From contig CAWBNO010000034.1 in assembly GCA_963790095.1 (NCBI GenBank), forward strand, positions 180,681-244,680: 64,000 nucleotides of DNA, in the 5' to 3' direction. The notes beneath the pieces were generated by a model. That model saw nothing but the letters and a program-made list of their open reading frames with translations. It did no database searches and was not told the DNA's origin. The stretch comes from an uncultured delta proteobacterium (GTDB lineage Bacteria; Desulfobacterota; Desulfobacteria; Desulfobacterales; UBA11574). The position numbers and the translations under genes were made by a program. This document shows, piece after piece, positions 40,303-49,277 of the stretch. How positions within the stretch are numbered: position 1 is the stretch's first letter; every line of letters begins with the position of its first letter.

Positions 40303-40422
40303 TTATGGATGGAAACTATCCTGATTGTGCTTTTTCTTTTCCTCCTTTTCTTTGCGTTTTTCTTTAATGGTTTTTGCCGGCTTCTTTCTCACATCCTTTT
40401 TCGTGTCTCTCGACTTTCCCAT
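40303..40422 (-). CDS. Possible 39-aa lysine-rich small protein
   Basis: Not in the ORF track (<60 aa). CAGGAGGGAAAAAA precedes the ATG at 40422. Product: MGKSRDTKKDVRKKPAKTIKEKRKEKEEKKKHNQDSFHP. This could be a chance ORF in a purine-rich tract. Confidence 0.3.
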   Translation of the reverse strand: MGKSRDTKKDVRKKPAKTIKEKRKEKEEKKKHNQDSFHP

Positions 40423-40447
40423 TTTTTTCCCTCCTGATGGATCCATT

Positions 40448-40501
40448 GGGGACGCATCCCAGTTAAATACAAGCAACAACGTTTAACGGGATGCGCCCCC
40501 C
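40448..40501 (+). repeat. Hairpin containing an inverted partial copy of the R element loop module
   Basis: GGGGACGCATCC-CAGTTAAATACAAGCAACAACGTTTAAC-GGGATGCGCCCC. The loop matches the reverse complement of R element positions such as 49359-49388. Confidence 0.65.
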
Positions 40502-40659
40502 ATTTCTCATGGAAATACATGTCAAAGTAAAATAAAACTGTCAAGAATCTTAAAATCGCCGGGGGAAACGCATAATTCCATGAATGTCCCGGAAGTCCTC
40601 CATCCTGATGATGCATTTCATCGCCGTGACGGTGTCCCTCCCCGGACTCCTTGTGCCGC

Positions 40660-40866
40660 CTATGGTTGTTGGGTTGCCTCTTTTACCATGGCTTTGTATT
40701 GTTCAGGTTGTAACGTGGACATCCGATGGATAAAAGCCACAATATCCAATGTAAGGGACCAATGAGGCACCCTGGCGGAAAAATTGTAAATACCTGAAAA
40801 AACAAACCCTGCTATCCCCCCTATGATCACGACCATGGCCAAAATAAAACCCGCAAATACTTTCAT
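40660..40866 (-). CDS. Small membrane protein (68 aa)
   Basis: The likely start is MKVFAGFILAMVVIIGGIAGFVFSGIYNFSARVPHW... It resembles the N-terminal anchor of some membrane c-type cytochromes as I recall them, but no CxxCH is present, so it is possibly a truncated remnant. Confidence 0.4.
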   Translation of the reverse strand: MKVFAGFILAMVVIIGGIAGFVFSGIYNFSARVPHWSLTLDIVAFIHRMSTLQPEQYKAMVKEATQQP

Positions 40867-41003
40867 TTTCCACCTCCGTATCACCAACAGTTATAGTTGC
40901 CGCGGCTTCTTTCGGATAGTCAGTTACAACGGCATTCTATTCACAATTCAAGGTTCAAGGTTTGACACCCTTTTCCTCCAAATCCAAACGCCGCTAGCCT
41001 ATT

Positions 41004-41618
41004 CTATCGCTTATTTCCCCTGCTGTTTAAAACTGTAAAGTCAAATTCAAGCAAATCATGAAATGTTGCTGCTGCTTTATCAGGTTCAACCTGGAACCAG
41101 ATTAAGATATTCTCGACACGATAAAAATAATGCTTAAGCCCCATTCCATCTGTTTTAAAACAAATGTTGTCCCCCATTTTAGTTTGTGTTAACGGTGAAA
41201 AAACAGACGATCCATCGGCCATTTTCATGGCCATTCTCTTTAAGTTCGTTTCAGCCTTTTCAGCGTTTTCATAAACACTTACGTAAAGAATATTCTTGGA
41301 ATCATTGCTTCCGTAATGGGCCATTAAATTTTCACAATTATCGAGCTCTTTGCCATGCATTTTATTAATAACCCGGGTTGATTCTTCATTTAGAATAACT
41401 TTGAAAAGACTCAGTTCACCTAACTTTTTCGGAAAACAATTCCCGTTCTCGCGGGTTTTGACTTTTTCGTTTTTCGATGCTTTTCCAGCATACCCCAACG
41501 GTATCTCAAATAACGTGATCTCCCCATGCGAATGGGTTGTTCCTGAACAACCGAAAACTATACTGTAAACTAGCAGAATCAGTGCAACAAATTTACATAT
41601 TTTCCGTGGGTTTTTCAT
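41004..41618 (-). CDS. Hypothetical lipoprotein
   Basis: The likely start is MKNPRKICKFVALILLVYSIVFGCSG (lipobox FGC). AT-rich, with no recognisable domain. Confidence 0.6.
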   Translation of the reverse strand: MKNPRKICKFVALILLVYSIVFGCSGTTHSHGEITLFEIPLGYAGKASKNEKVKTRENGNCFPKKLGELSLFKVILNEESTRVINKMHGKELDNCENLMAHYGSNDSKNILYVSVYENAEKAETNLKRMAMKMADGSSVFSPLTQTKMGDNICFKTDGMGLKHYFYRVENILIWFQVEPDKAAATFHDLLEFDFTVLNSRGNKR

Positions 41619-41742
41619 GCTGTAAATTCTCATATCTCACTTTTCCATAACAAAAGGTGCGTGCCCACCCCAAAACTGGCGGGAGCTTGCTGTGGTTTTT
41701 ATTTTTTTAAACAAGGATCGAGAGTTGCCCCCTCGCCGCGGA

Positions 41743-43257
41743 TTATTTTTTCCAAGCCCCTAATCTGCGCAGAAGATTAACAACCGGCTCGGATCTTGAG
41801 GGGTCATCCGAGGAGACTGGCTTCAAACGGACCATGGAACAAAATACTCCGGCAACGCAAAGGAAGCAGAAGATCATCATGCAAAGATGCATGCTGGCAA
41901 GAAAAGAGGACTGTGTTTCCGCATTCACCGGGTGGTCCCCCATGATATGTTTGAACACAAGGGTGATGATGGTCATGCTGCACAGCATCCCCATGGTCCG
42001 CATGGTGGCCAGAAAACTGGATGCGATACCATAGCTTTTGGGAGAAACACTCCCCATCACCGCAGTGGTATTGGGGGATGAAAAAAGACTGAATCCCACA
42101 CCCATCAAGGCCAACATCCCCATAATCACGGGCATGGGAGTTCCGGCATGAACCTGGGAACCCAGCCCCAGGCTCAGGGTACACACGCCCATGCCTGCAG
42201 TGGCCAGACCCGCAGGTGAAACCCGGTCTGCCAGCCTTCCAAAAAACGGAGAAAGCGCCGTCTGGAACACGGGCTGGATAATCAGAATCCATCCTGCCCA
42301 TTGGGGAGAATACCCTCTGACCACTATCAAATACAAACTGAAGAAAAAAGCGATGCCAAAAGACGCGGCGTAATTGATAAGGGTGGCCAGGTTACTGAAG
42401 GCGAAAACCCGGTTACGGATGACCAGACCCACATCCAGAATCGGAGATGAACACTGGTATTCAAAGGCGAGAAAGATAAGGAATCCCAAGGCGCCTAATG
42501 CCATCAATACCAGATAAATACCCCCCTCTTTCTGGTTGAGGGTGCCGTAAATCAGACAGAATAAAGCACTCATGTAAAGAAGGGTTCCCACAAAATCAAA
42601 AGGCTCGCCTTTTGCATCCGCCCATTCGCCCTTGAGTTTAAAAACCGTGAGCCAAAGACAGAAAAGCTCCACCAGAACCCCCAGATAAAAGATCCATCGC
42701 CATCCCAGATGGGTGACCATAAATCCGGAAAGAACCGGACCCAGAGACAGCCCCAAGTAGACGCAACCCACGATGATCCCCATGGCCCGCCCCCGGTTGG
42801 CCGGTGGGAAAACCGAAGAAAGGATGGCCACACTGGTTCCGGAAATCATGGCTCCGCCACATCCTTGAAAAAACCGGAACACAATAAAACTTTCAATGCT
42901 AAAGGCGAGGGGTAGCAAAAGGGTTCCCCCAGTGAACACGAGAATGCCGATGGTGAAGATTCTTTTCCTTCCGTAAATATCACCCAGCCGTCCAGCCGGA
43001 ATCAAAAAAAGGGAAAAGGCGAAGATATAGACGGTTTCCACAAGTCCAAGCTGAACCGCACTGGCTGAAAACTCCCTGCCAATGGCAGGAAGGGCCACTC
43101 CCACAGCAGACAGCATGAAGGGGGTCAGGAACTGAACGGCGCTGACCACAAACAGGATCACACCATCGGAGACGCCCTGATCGGAAGGGTTTTTTGAAGC
43201 AATGTTGTGAGGGTTTGCGTCTGATTTTTCTTTTATCTCTGCCACGTCGTTATTCAC
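41743..43257 (-). CDS. MFS transporter (DHA2/EmrB-like drug:H+ antiporter type)
   Basis: 504 aa with many hydrophobic segments and GRLGDIYGRKR (MFS motif A). Confidence 0.85.
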   Translation of the reverse strand: MNNDVAEIKEKSDANPHNIASKNPSDQGVSDGVILFVVSAVQFLTPFMLSAVGVALPAIGREFSASAVQLGLVETVYIFAFSLFLIPAGRLGDIYGRKRIFTIGILVFTGGTLLLPLAFSIESFIVFRFFQGCGGAMISGTSVAILSSVFPPANRGRAMGIIVGCVYLGLSLGPVLSGFMVTHLGWRWIFYLGVLVELFCLWLTVFKLKGEWADAKGEPFDFVGTLLYMSALFCLIYGTLNQKEGGIYLVLMALGALGFLIFLAFEYQCSSPILDVGLVIRNRVFAFSNLATLINYAASFGIAFFFSLYLIVVRGYSPQWAGWILIIQPVFQTALSPFFGRLADRVSPAGLATAGMGVCTLSLGLGSQVHAGTPMPVIMGMLALMGVGFSLFSSPNTTAVMGSVSPKSYGIASSFLATMRTMGMLCSMTIITLVFKHIMGDHPVNAETQSSFLASMHLCMMIFCFLCVAGVFCSMVRLKPVSSDDPSRSEPVVNLLRRLGAWKK

Positions 43258-43487
43258 CCTATGGACGCTTCATGGATTATTGGTTATCATTCTGCAGTTA
43301 AAAGCGGGAGGAAAATATAATGGCAGAATATCGGACAGGCAAAAAAGTGTCAATTATTAATAATTCCGTATCGAAGTCGATACCCTAACGACCCTAATGC
43401 ATTTTTTCATTTGACCCTTCCCTTATAAAGTTGATATCTGACAACCAAAATATCTATTTCTGCAATCCGATATAAAAAGCAAAACTA

Positions 43488-43581
43488 AATATTTGAGGGG
43501 TCGGGGAGTTTTTATTCTAACTCCTTGAGTACCAGCGGAATGGATGATCTTTTAAAAAAACACCTCGACCCCTCAATTATT
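43488..43581. repeat. 16-bp inverted repeat pair enclosing a small hairpin, in a divergent promoter region
   Basis: AATATTTGAGGGGTCG (43488-43503) pairs with CGACCCCTCAATTATT (43566-43581) with 1 mismatch. An internal GGAGTT-N8-AACTCC hairpin is present. Confidence 0.6.
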
Positions 43582-43644
43582 TAAGATCATTCAAAATTTT
43601 GACACATAGCTCAACAGGTGCCGTATTTTGTATAAGGACCGCCT

Positions 43645-45840
43645 ATGCGACCTCGCCGGACAATTATCCTGTATGCCATTATAATAATTGCATTGATCGT
43701 CAAACCAACCGCAGTAAGGGCTGAAACGATTTCCATCTCTGTGTTTCTTGACTACCGGCAATTACAGCTTCTGATGATGCGGGATGCGTTTAATGGACCG
43801 AATCACACTGCACAATATCTATTGGATGATGACGGTTGCACCCGCATTACCTTTTCGGAACCCCATCTGTCAGCAGAGGGAGAGTTGTTGCGCGTAGATA
43901 CGAAGACCCTCGCAACAATTGGCGTCACCACAACGACGGGTGCTTGCAAGGTCATTACCCAATGGAACGGTCGCGCCACGGTTACCGGCAAACCTGTTTT
44001 AGTCAGCGATCAACCGTTTTCCGTAGAGTTTCGGGTCCAGGACACCCGGCTTTACAATCAACAGGGCCGGCTGCTTGAGGATAGTCTTGTCCTCCAGGCG
44101 GTGAAAGAACAATTGCATCTTTTTTTAAGCCGTTACCGGCTGGATCTGAACCCTGAAACCGGTCAGCTCAAAGCCCTTCTACCTTATTTTTTGCCCCATT
44201 ATCCGGCAAATCGCCTATCAGGAATGATCGACAGCCTGCGCATCGGTCTTCTTGATCTCCGGCCCAACGGACTGGAGGTCCGGCTGCTAATGGATGTCGA
44301 AACCGTTGCCAAAGCCGGGCCGGAGCCCGTCCTTAGTGAACATGAAATGGAGCAGCTGGAGCAACGCTACCGAAGCTGGGATTCTTTTTTGACCTTTGTC
44401 ATCAAGGAGGCCGCCTCTGCCACTCCCTCGGAAGAACTTCGAGCCGCCCTGTTGGAAATACTTCTGGATGCACGCTACCAGCTCAAATCGATTCTCACAG
44501 AATCCCAGCAAAGTGCAGCTGACCCGGTCAAACAATTGTTTATCCGAACCTGGGAACAGCTGATGCCGGTAATGCGGGAAATCAGCGTTCGTTCATCGGA
44601 AAAGAACCTCCTCCCCTTTTTATCGTTCATAACAGCGGCTGACGCATTCAAAGCACTGGATCGCCTGGGGCCTGCCTTGGGGCTGGATATATCCACCGAC
44701 GGTCTGAGACGTTTGGCACGCCTTCTAAATGACGACCCATCCATTGATCCGCTGAAATATCTGGATGAAATCGATCCGGGACTGCAACAACTGTTTGATT
44801 TCGGAAGGTCTAGTGAAATTAGCCCACAAAAAAAATCACAGGGTTTTAACTTCCAGCTGATCCGGCCGGTCTATGCTGCAAACCCCAGGAATCGTCTAAA
44901 TCGCTGGGTTCCTGCCCCTGCCGAGGTGAATGCGTATCTCCTTGAAATACGAAAATTATTGTTGAAAGAGGCGGATGCTCGAATTCGTTCGTCATCAATC
45001 GCTCAGAAATACGCTCGTATTTACCGAAAATTGATGCTTACCGCCGCATGGCAAGAAAGCTGCTGGCGTCAATACATCCTACAAAACCGCAAAGTCGTTC
45101 CCCTTATTTCCGCCACAGGTGATATCGGTATGTTGCAGATCAATGAAAAGATATGGCGGGGCTTTTACTCTCCCTCCAAGTTGAGATGGGACATCACCTA
45201 TAACGCCCGTGCAGGCAGTGAAATCCTGTTCAAATTCATGGTCGATTACGCATTGAAACAGAAGGAGCATACCTATGGAGGCGGTCTATCTAATCTGGCC
45301 CGGGCCACTTATTCTGCGTATAACGGCGGGCCATCTCAGGTGAGCCGTTACCGAAAAAACGACGTCCCGGCCGCACACAAAAAAATCGACGCCGCCTTTT
45401 GGGAGAAATATCAGCAGGTACACCAGGGCCAGGAATTGGCCGTAACGAAATGTTTTGGCGGTCAAGCCGCCAGTTCAATGACCGCCGCGCCGCCAATAAA
45501 CACGAGCCGAAAGCAATCCGGTTCAAAACAGGCGACCACAGTCAAGCCGTCACAGCGCATTGAAAATGTCGGGTGGATCAAAAGCCGCAACCCCAAACAC
45601 TTTACGCTGCAACTGACGGCGATGAGCGGTGAGCAGGCGGTCAGAGCATTTATAAAGCAACAATTCCAAGGCGGCAGCTTTGCCTATTATCGAAAAAAAC
45701 AAAACGAACGGTATTTATATGTCGCCATCTACGGCAGTTTTGATAGCCGGGCACATGCGGAAAAGGCCGCTGCTCGTTTTGCTCCCCTTAAACCCTGGAT
45801 ACGGGACTTTGGCAGTATTCAGAAGATACTGTCAAAATAA
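43645..45840 (+). CDS. Lytic transglycosylase (SLT) domain protein with C-terminal SPOR domain
   Basis: 731 aa with a signal peptide. The SLT catalytic region is AAWQESCWRQ...GDIGMLQINEKIW...YNGG. The C-terminal SPOR-like region is HFTLQLTAMSGEQAV...YVAIYGSFDSRAHAEKAA. Confidence 0.8.
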   Translation: MRPRRTIILYAIIIIALIVKPTAVRAETISISVFLDYRQLQLLMMRDAFNGPNHTAQYLLDDDGCTRITFSEPHLSAEGELLRVDTKTLATIGVTTTTGACKVITQWNGRATVTGKPVLVSDQPFSVEFRVQDTRLYNQQGRLLEDSLVLQAVKEQLHLFLSRYRLDLNPETGQLKALLPYFLPHYPANRLSGMIDSLRIGLLDLRPNGLEVRLLMDVETVAKAGPEPVLSEHEMEQLEQRYRSWDSFLTFVIKEAASATPSEELRAALLEILLDARYQLKSILTESQQSAADPVKQLFIRTWEQLMPVMREISVRSSEKNLLPFLSFITAADAFKALDRLGPALGLDISTDGLRRLARLLNDDPSIDPLKYLDEIDPGLQQLFDFGRSSEISPQKKSQGFNFQLIRPVYAANPRNRLNRWVPAPAEVNAYLLEIRKLLLKEADARIRSSSIAQKYARIYRKLMLTAAWQESCWRQYILQNRKVVPLISATGDIGMLQINEKIWRGFYSPSKLRWDITYNARAGSEILFKFMVDYALKQKEHTYGGGLSNLARATYSAYNGGPSQVSRYRKNDVPAAHKKIDAAFWEKYQQVHQGQELAVTKCFGGQAASSMTAAPPINTSRKQSGSKQATTVKPSQRIENVGWIKSRNPKHFTLQLTAMSGEQAVRAFIKQQFQGGSFAYYRKKQNERYLYVAIYGSFDSRAHAEKAAARFAPLKPWIRDFGSIQKILSK

Positions 45841-46212
45841 TCATTACGAATGCGAGACCTTATCAACGGAAGGGTTTAACTCATTTTCCTTGGGACAATT
45901 TTCACCTGAAAACCGATAAGATGTCCCGATCTAAACCTGATTTGACAGGATATCATCGAAAAATGGGTTTCTAAACGGCCTCTTTGAACCGTCGTTCCAG
46001 TTGAACGCTTTGTGTTTTCTTGTCATACCATCCTGCGAATAAAATCAAGTCCATATGATTGTCCAGCTTTGGAGAAAACGTAACCATCAGAGGAAGAGTT
46101 CGTATTTTTGGATAAAAAATGGCGATTGACAACCTGACCCGCCTTTGGTATCCGATTCTAAAGTGTTTTGCGAGGGTCTTAGGATGAAAACTTTCCGGAT
46201 AGAAAGCACATT

Positions 46213-46353
46213 ATGCAAAAGATACGGCCAACACCTCTGGTTCTAATGCTTATTTTTTGTCTTTGTCTGCTCCTGGGTATCAATCTGGGAGAAGTCCAGG
46301 TGGTTCTGGAAAAAGCAACGGCAATTTGCTTGAGCTGCATTGGAATCGGGTAA
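46213..46353 (+). CDS. CD1871A-family-like CXXC small membrane peptide (46 aa)
   Basis: Not in the ORF track (<60 aa). Product: MQKIRPTPLVLMLIFCLCLLLGINLGEVQVVLEKATAICLSCIGIG*. It has one TM helix and then a C-terminal CxxCIGIG, as I recall for this family. It ends 31 nt before the 4Fe-4S membrane protein gene. Confidence 0.6.
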   Translation: MQKIRPTPLVLMLIFCLCLLLGINLGEVQVVLEKATAICLSCIGIG

Positions 46354-46384
46354 ACCCACCCGCACCCAAAATTCAGGGGTAAAG

Positions 46385-47269
46385 ATGGACTTAAGACGTT
46401 GGATTCAAACCCTCGCGGTCTTTTTGACCAATGCAAGCTGGCAGTTTCCGTTTACGCGAAACCTGTATAAGGGAAACCTGAAAGCTGTTTGCGCCCCGGG
46501 TCTCAACTGTTATTCCTGCCCAGCCGCCACCAGCGCTTGCCCCCTGGGGGCGATGCAGACCTTTATGGCCACTGCCAGGCCCAATTTCGAAGCCGGCCGT
46601 TTTCACCTGGGCCTTTACCTAATCGGCATGCTGGGACTGATCGGAAGCCTGGTTGGGCGCATGCCGTGCGCCTGGCTGTGTCCCTTTGGTTTGATCCAGG
46701 AATTAATCCACAAAATTCCATCTCCTAAATTCGAAATCCCCAGATTCTTGACTTATTTCAAATACATGTTTTTGGCCCTGTTCGTAGTGATCTTACCTTT
46801 GGCAGTAGCCGATGAGTTCGGATACGGGGTGACATGGTTTTGCAAGTACGTCTGTCCGGCCGGGACCCTGGAAGCAGGGTTGCCGATGCTGCTGCTGAAG
46901 CCTAAACTGCAGGAGGTGATCGGGGGGTTGTTTTACAGCAAGGTCATCATCCTGATGGGCTTTCTCGTTTGGATGGTGGTAAGCCGGCGCCCTTTTTGCC
47001 GGGTCGCCTGCCCATTGGGTGCGATCTACTCATTTTTTAACCGTTACAGCGTCTTCAGGCTGACCTATGATCCTGAGAGATGTACCCACTGCCAGTCCTG
47101 CTATCACGGTTGCCCCATGGGTGTGAAGTTTTATGAGGGGCCCAACCAGAAGGATTGTATCCGCTGTTTGAAATGCCTTCAACAGTCGTGCAAATTCGGT
47201 GCAATCTCCTATGATGGTGCGGGTCAGAGGACAATACCGGTTCCCCTCAAGATTAAAAACGGGTCATAG
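46385..47269 (+). CDS. Membrane-bound 4Fe-4S binding protein (NapH/MauN-like)
   Basis: ORF 46340..47269 with a likely ATG at 46385. Contains CxxCP and CPFG motifs in TM loops (CYSCPAATSACPLG, WLCPFG, CPAG, CPLG) and a C-terminal ferredoxin-type CTHCQSCYHGCP...CIRCLKC. Confidence 0.8.
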   Translation: MDLRRWIQTLAVFLTNASWQFPFTRNLYKGNLKAVCAPGLNCYSCPAATSACPLGAMQTFMATARPNFEAGRFHLGLYLIGMLGLIGSLVGRMPCAWLCPFGLIQELIHKIPSPKFEIPRFLTYFKYMFLALFVVILPLAVADEFGYGVTWFCKYVCPAGTLEAGLPMLLLKPKLQEVIGGLFYSKVIILMGFLVWMVVSRRPFCRVACPLGAIYSFFNRYSVFRLTYDPERCTHCQSCYHGCPMGVKFYEGPNQKDCIRCLKCLQQSCKFGAISYDGAGQRTIPVPLKIKNGS

Positions 47270-47283
47270 CCCCCTTGGCCCTT

Positions 47284-47769
47284 TCAGGGTAACTCGAACA
47301 GTTTTTTGATTTTTCGATCCAGATCCGCATGGGATCGCTGCCCGGGAAGTTTTTCAACAACCTGACCATTCTTGATAAAAAAAATCATCGGGATAGCATA
47401 GATATCGTATTTTTGGGCCATGTCGACGCCGACCCAGTAGACCGGAAAGTTCACATGTAGTTTGTCAAAAATCGGTTGCATGGCTTGGGGTCCATTGGCA
47501 TCCAGGCTGATGCCGACCATTTTCAGACCCTGATCCTTGTATTTATCGAATAGTTTGATCAATGTCGGCAGCTCCTTCCGACAAGGACCACACCAGGCTG
47601 CCATGGCGATAATCATGCGCTGGTTGTTGGAGTCTTGCATCAATCGGTCGAGCCCGGCCATGTCCATTTTTTCAATCACGATTCTGCCTTCGGCGGCCAG
47701 GGCCGTCATATTCAGTAAAAGCATAACCGCCACAACGGTTCCCATAATCCACGTGAAATATTTCAACAT
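47284..47769 (-). CDS. TlpA-family thiol:disulfide oxidoreductase (thioredoxin fold)
   Basis: 161 aa with a signal/anchor sequence and the active site AAWCGPCRKELP. Confidence 0.85.
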   Translation of the reverse strand: MLKYFTWIMGTVVAVMLLLNMTALAAEGRIVIEKMDMAGLDRLMQDSNNQRMIIAMAAWCGPCRKELPTLIKLFDKYKDQGLKMVGISLDANGPQAMQPIFDKLHVNFPVYWVGVDMAQKYDIYAIPMIFFIKNGQVVEKLPGQRSHADLDRKIKKLFELP

Positions 47770-48060
47770 GAGGACTTACTCCACAGAGATCAATAGTTTC
47801 AGATAGTGCTGCATAACCGCGATCCAATCCACCGGAAATTCCATGGCCGGAATCGGATGCCCAATGATATCATAATTATGTTGAAAATCCAATTAAAGGC
47901 CAGCACGGTCATCCATAGGGGCTTTCAGCGCCATTGGACTTGAGGGTGAACCATAAAAACACGGGGCAAGAGAGCCGGGTGAAAAACGGATGAAAACATG
48001 ACGCCTCCCAATGTCTTTTCCGTCCTTCAATGTTGGGTTTTCCTGATTGGGCCTTGGATC

Positions 48061-48246
48061 TTATCCGTTCTCCGGATATTTGTAAACGTTCAAACCGATG
48101 ATAGCATCCGTACCATCAACCTTCTGGTTGCCCCGTGTGCTGGCAATGGTTATTGTTTTTCCGGATTTTGAGGGTCCGAAGTCCTTTTTCAAATCTATCT
48201 CAATAATTAATTTATCGTCTTTAATTTCCCATTCCACGTTCTGCAT
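48061..48246 (-). CDS. Small hypothetical protein (61 aa)
   Basis: An internal ATG at 48246 is preceded by GAAGGTGAAGAA. Product: MQNVEWEIKDDKLIIEIDLKKDFGPSKSGKTITIASTRGNQKVDGTDAIIGLNVYKYPENG. The longer ORF form would overlap the HD gene. Confidence 0.5.
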   Translation of the reverse strand: MQNVEWEIKDDKLIIEIDLKKDFGPSKSGKTITIASTRGNQKVDGTDAIIGLNVYKYPENG

Positions 48247-48337
48247 TTCTTCACCTTCTTTCGTCTTTTCGTCTATACCATTTTGAATGCACCCCCAATG
48301 TCTCATGTCTTGTTTATTTAAATCAGGGGGGAGATAA

Positions 48338-48988
48338 TTACATTTGGCCACGTCTCTTTTTTTCAATATTTTCTATTTTCTTTAAGAGCCTCTTGGTGTT
48401 TTTTTGCTTCTCCTTTTCTCTCAACTTTTTCTGAGATTCAGTATAATATTGGTGTTTATTTAAAAATTCGAGGGTACCTTTGTACCATTTTGCTTCATCA
48501 CTAACATCTATTCCTCTTTCACTCCGCCCATCTCTTACTTTTCCATCTAATTTGAAAAAATCTTCTCTGCCGAGGTGGTCGAGATCGGCATCACAAAGAA
48601 TTTTTTCAAGATGGGTTTTCGGTTCACGCTCAAGATCGGTTGATAGTATCATCTTTTGAACCTTTACAACTTCGTTTGGCTTATAACCGATCAATTTAAG
48701 GATTCTGCCTGCCATTCGTGCCGCAATCGGCTCATTTTTTTCATATTCTCTAATGTAACCCGTGTCATGGAAATAGGCCGCAGTAATTAATAATTCTCTA
48801 TCATGTTCGGAGATATTCTCAGATATTGCAATACTGTTGGCAGCAGCAACGACTCCTTTGGTAGGATGAAGTGTGTGATCAGCATCATGATATTTAATGC
48901 CGGCTGGCAACTCATCTCTAAATAACTCCCTTATATAGTGGTCCACGATTTTCAGCCGAGGTGTATGAGGCTTGTATCTTAGTCGCAT
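48338..48988 (-). CDS. HD domain metal-dependent phosphohydrolase
   Basis: 216 aa with KYHDADHTLH, AAYFHDTGY and CDADLDHLG (an H..HD..D arrangement) and a Lys-rich C-terminal tail. Very AT-rich: line 48361-48420 has 18/60 G+C by hand count, against 32/60 for 9421-9480. Confidence 0.75.
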   Translation of the reverse strand: MRLRYKPHTPRLKIVDHYIRELFRDELPAGIKYHDADHTLHPTKGVVAAANSIAISENISEHDRELLITAAYFHDTGYIREYEKNEPIAARMAGRILKLIGYKPNEVVKVQKMILSTDLEREPKTHLEKILCDADLDHLGREDFFKLDGKVRDGRSERGIDVSDEAKWYKGTLEFLNKHQYYTESQKKLREKEKQKNTKRLLKKIENIEKKRRGQM

Positions 48989-49045
48989 ATCTATATTCCC
49001 TTTACTTTTGTAGGTGTTATGGTTATTTCAGGTTCTTGAAAATAT

Positions 49046-49076
49046 GATTCTTCTCCAATTTTGTTGGAGAAGAATC
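49046..49076 (-). terminator. Hairpin with a partial U-run (possible intrinsic terminator); member of a 2-copy hairpin family
   Basis: GATTCTTCTCCAA-TTTTG-TTGGAGAAGAATC is a perfect 13-bp stem. On the minus strand it is followed by ATATTTTC. A related hairpin lies at 51180-51207. Confidence 0.4.
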
Positions 49077-49274
49077 TTGACGGTTTCGTAAAAAGTCTTT
49101 TGTGAGCGACATCGAGCAATTTTGGAGAAAGACTCATGATGCGCCTGGCGTTAAAAATTGCAAGCTGCTTGAGGGTGTTAGCCCGAGTTCTTGCAATTTA
49201 GCCAGGCGGGTCAAGAATCCCAAAATTGCTTGCGGAGCGATCAAAATCAGACTTTTTACGAGTTCATCAATCTT
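49076..49274. mobile_element. Foldback MITE-like repeat (TCGTAAAAAGTC family), long ~200-bp form
   Basis: CTTGACGGTTTCGTAAAAAGTC...GACTTTTTACGAGTTCATCAATCTT. Nested complementary arms are present (ATTTTGG/CCAAAAT, GCCTGGC/GCCAGGC, AAAATTGCAAG/CTTGCAATTT). The outer ~75 nt equals the short form at 54428-54504. Confidence 0.8.
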
Positions 49275-49277
49275 AAT

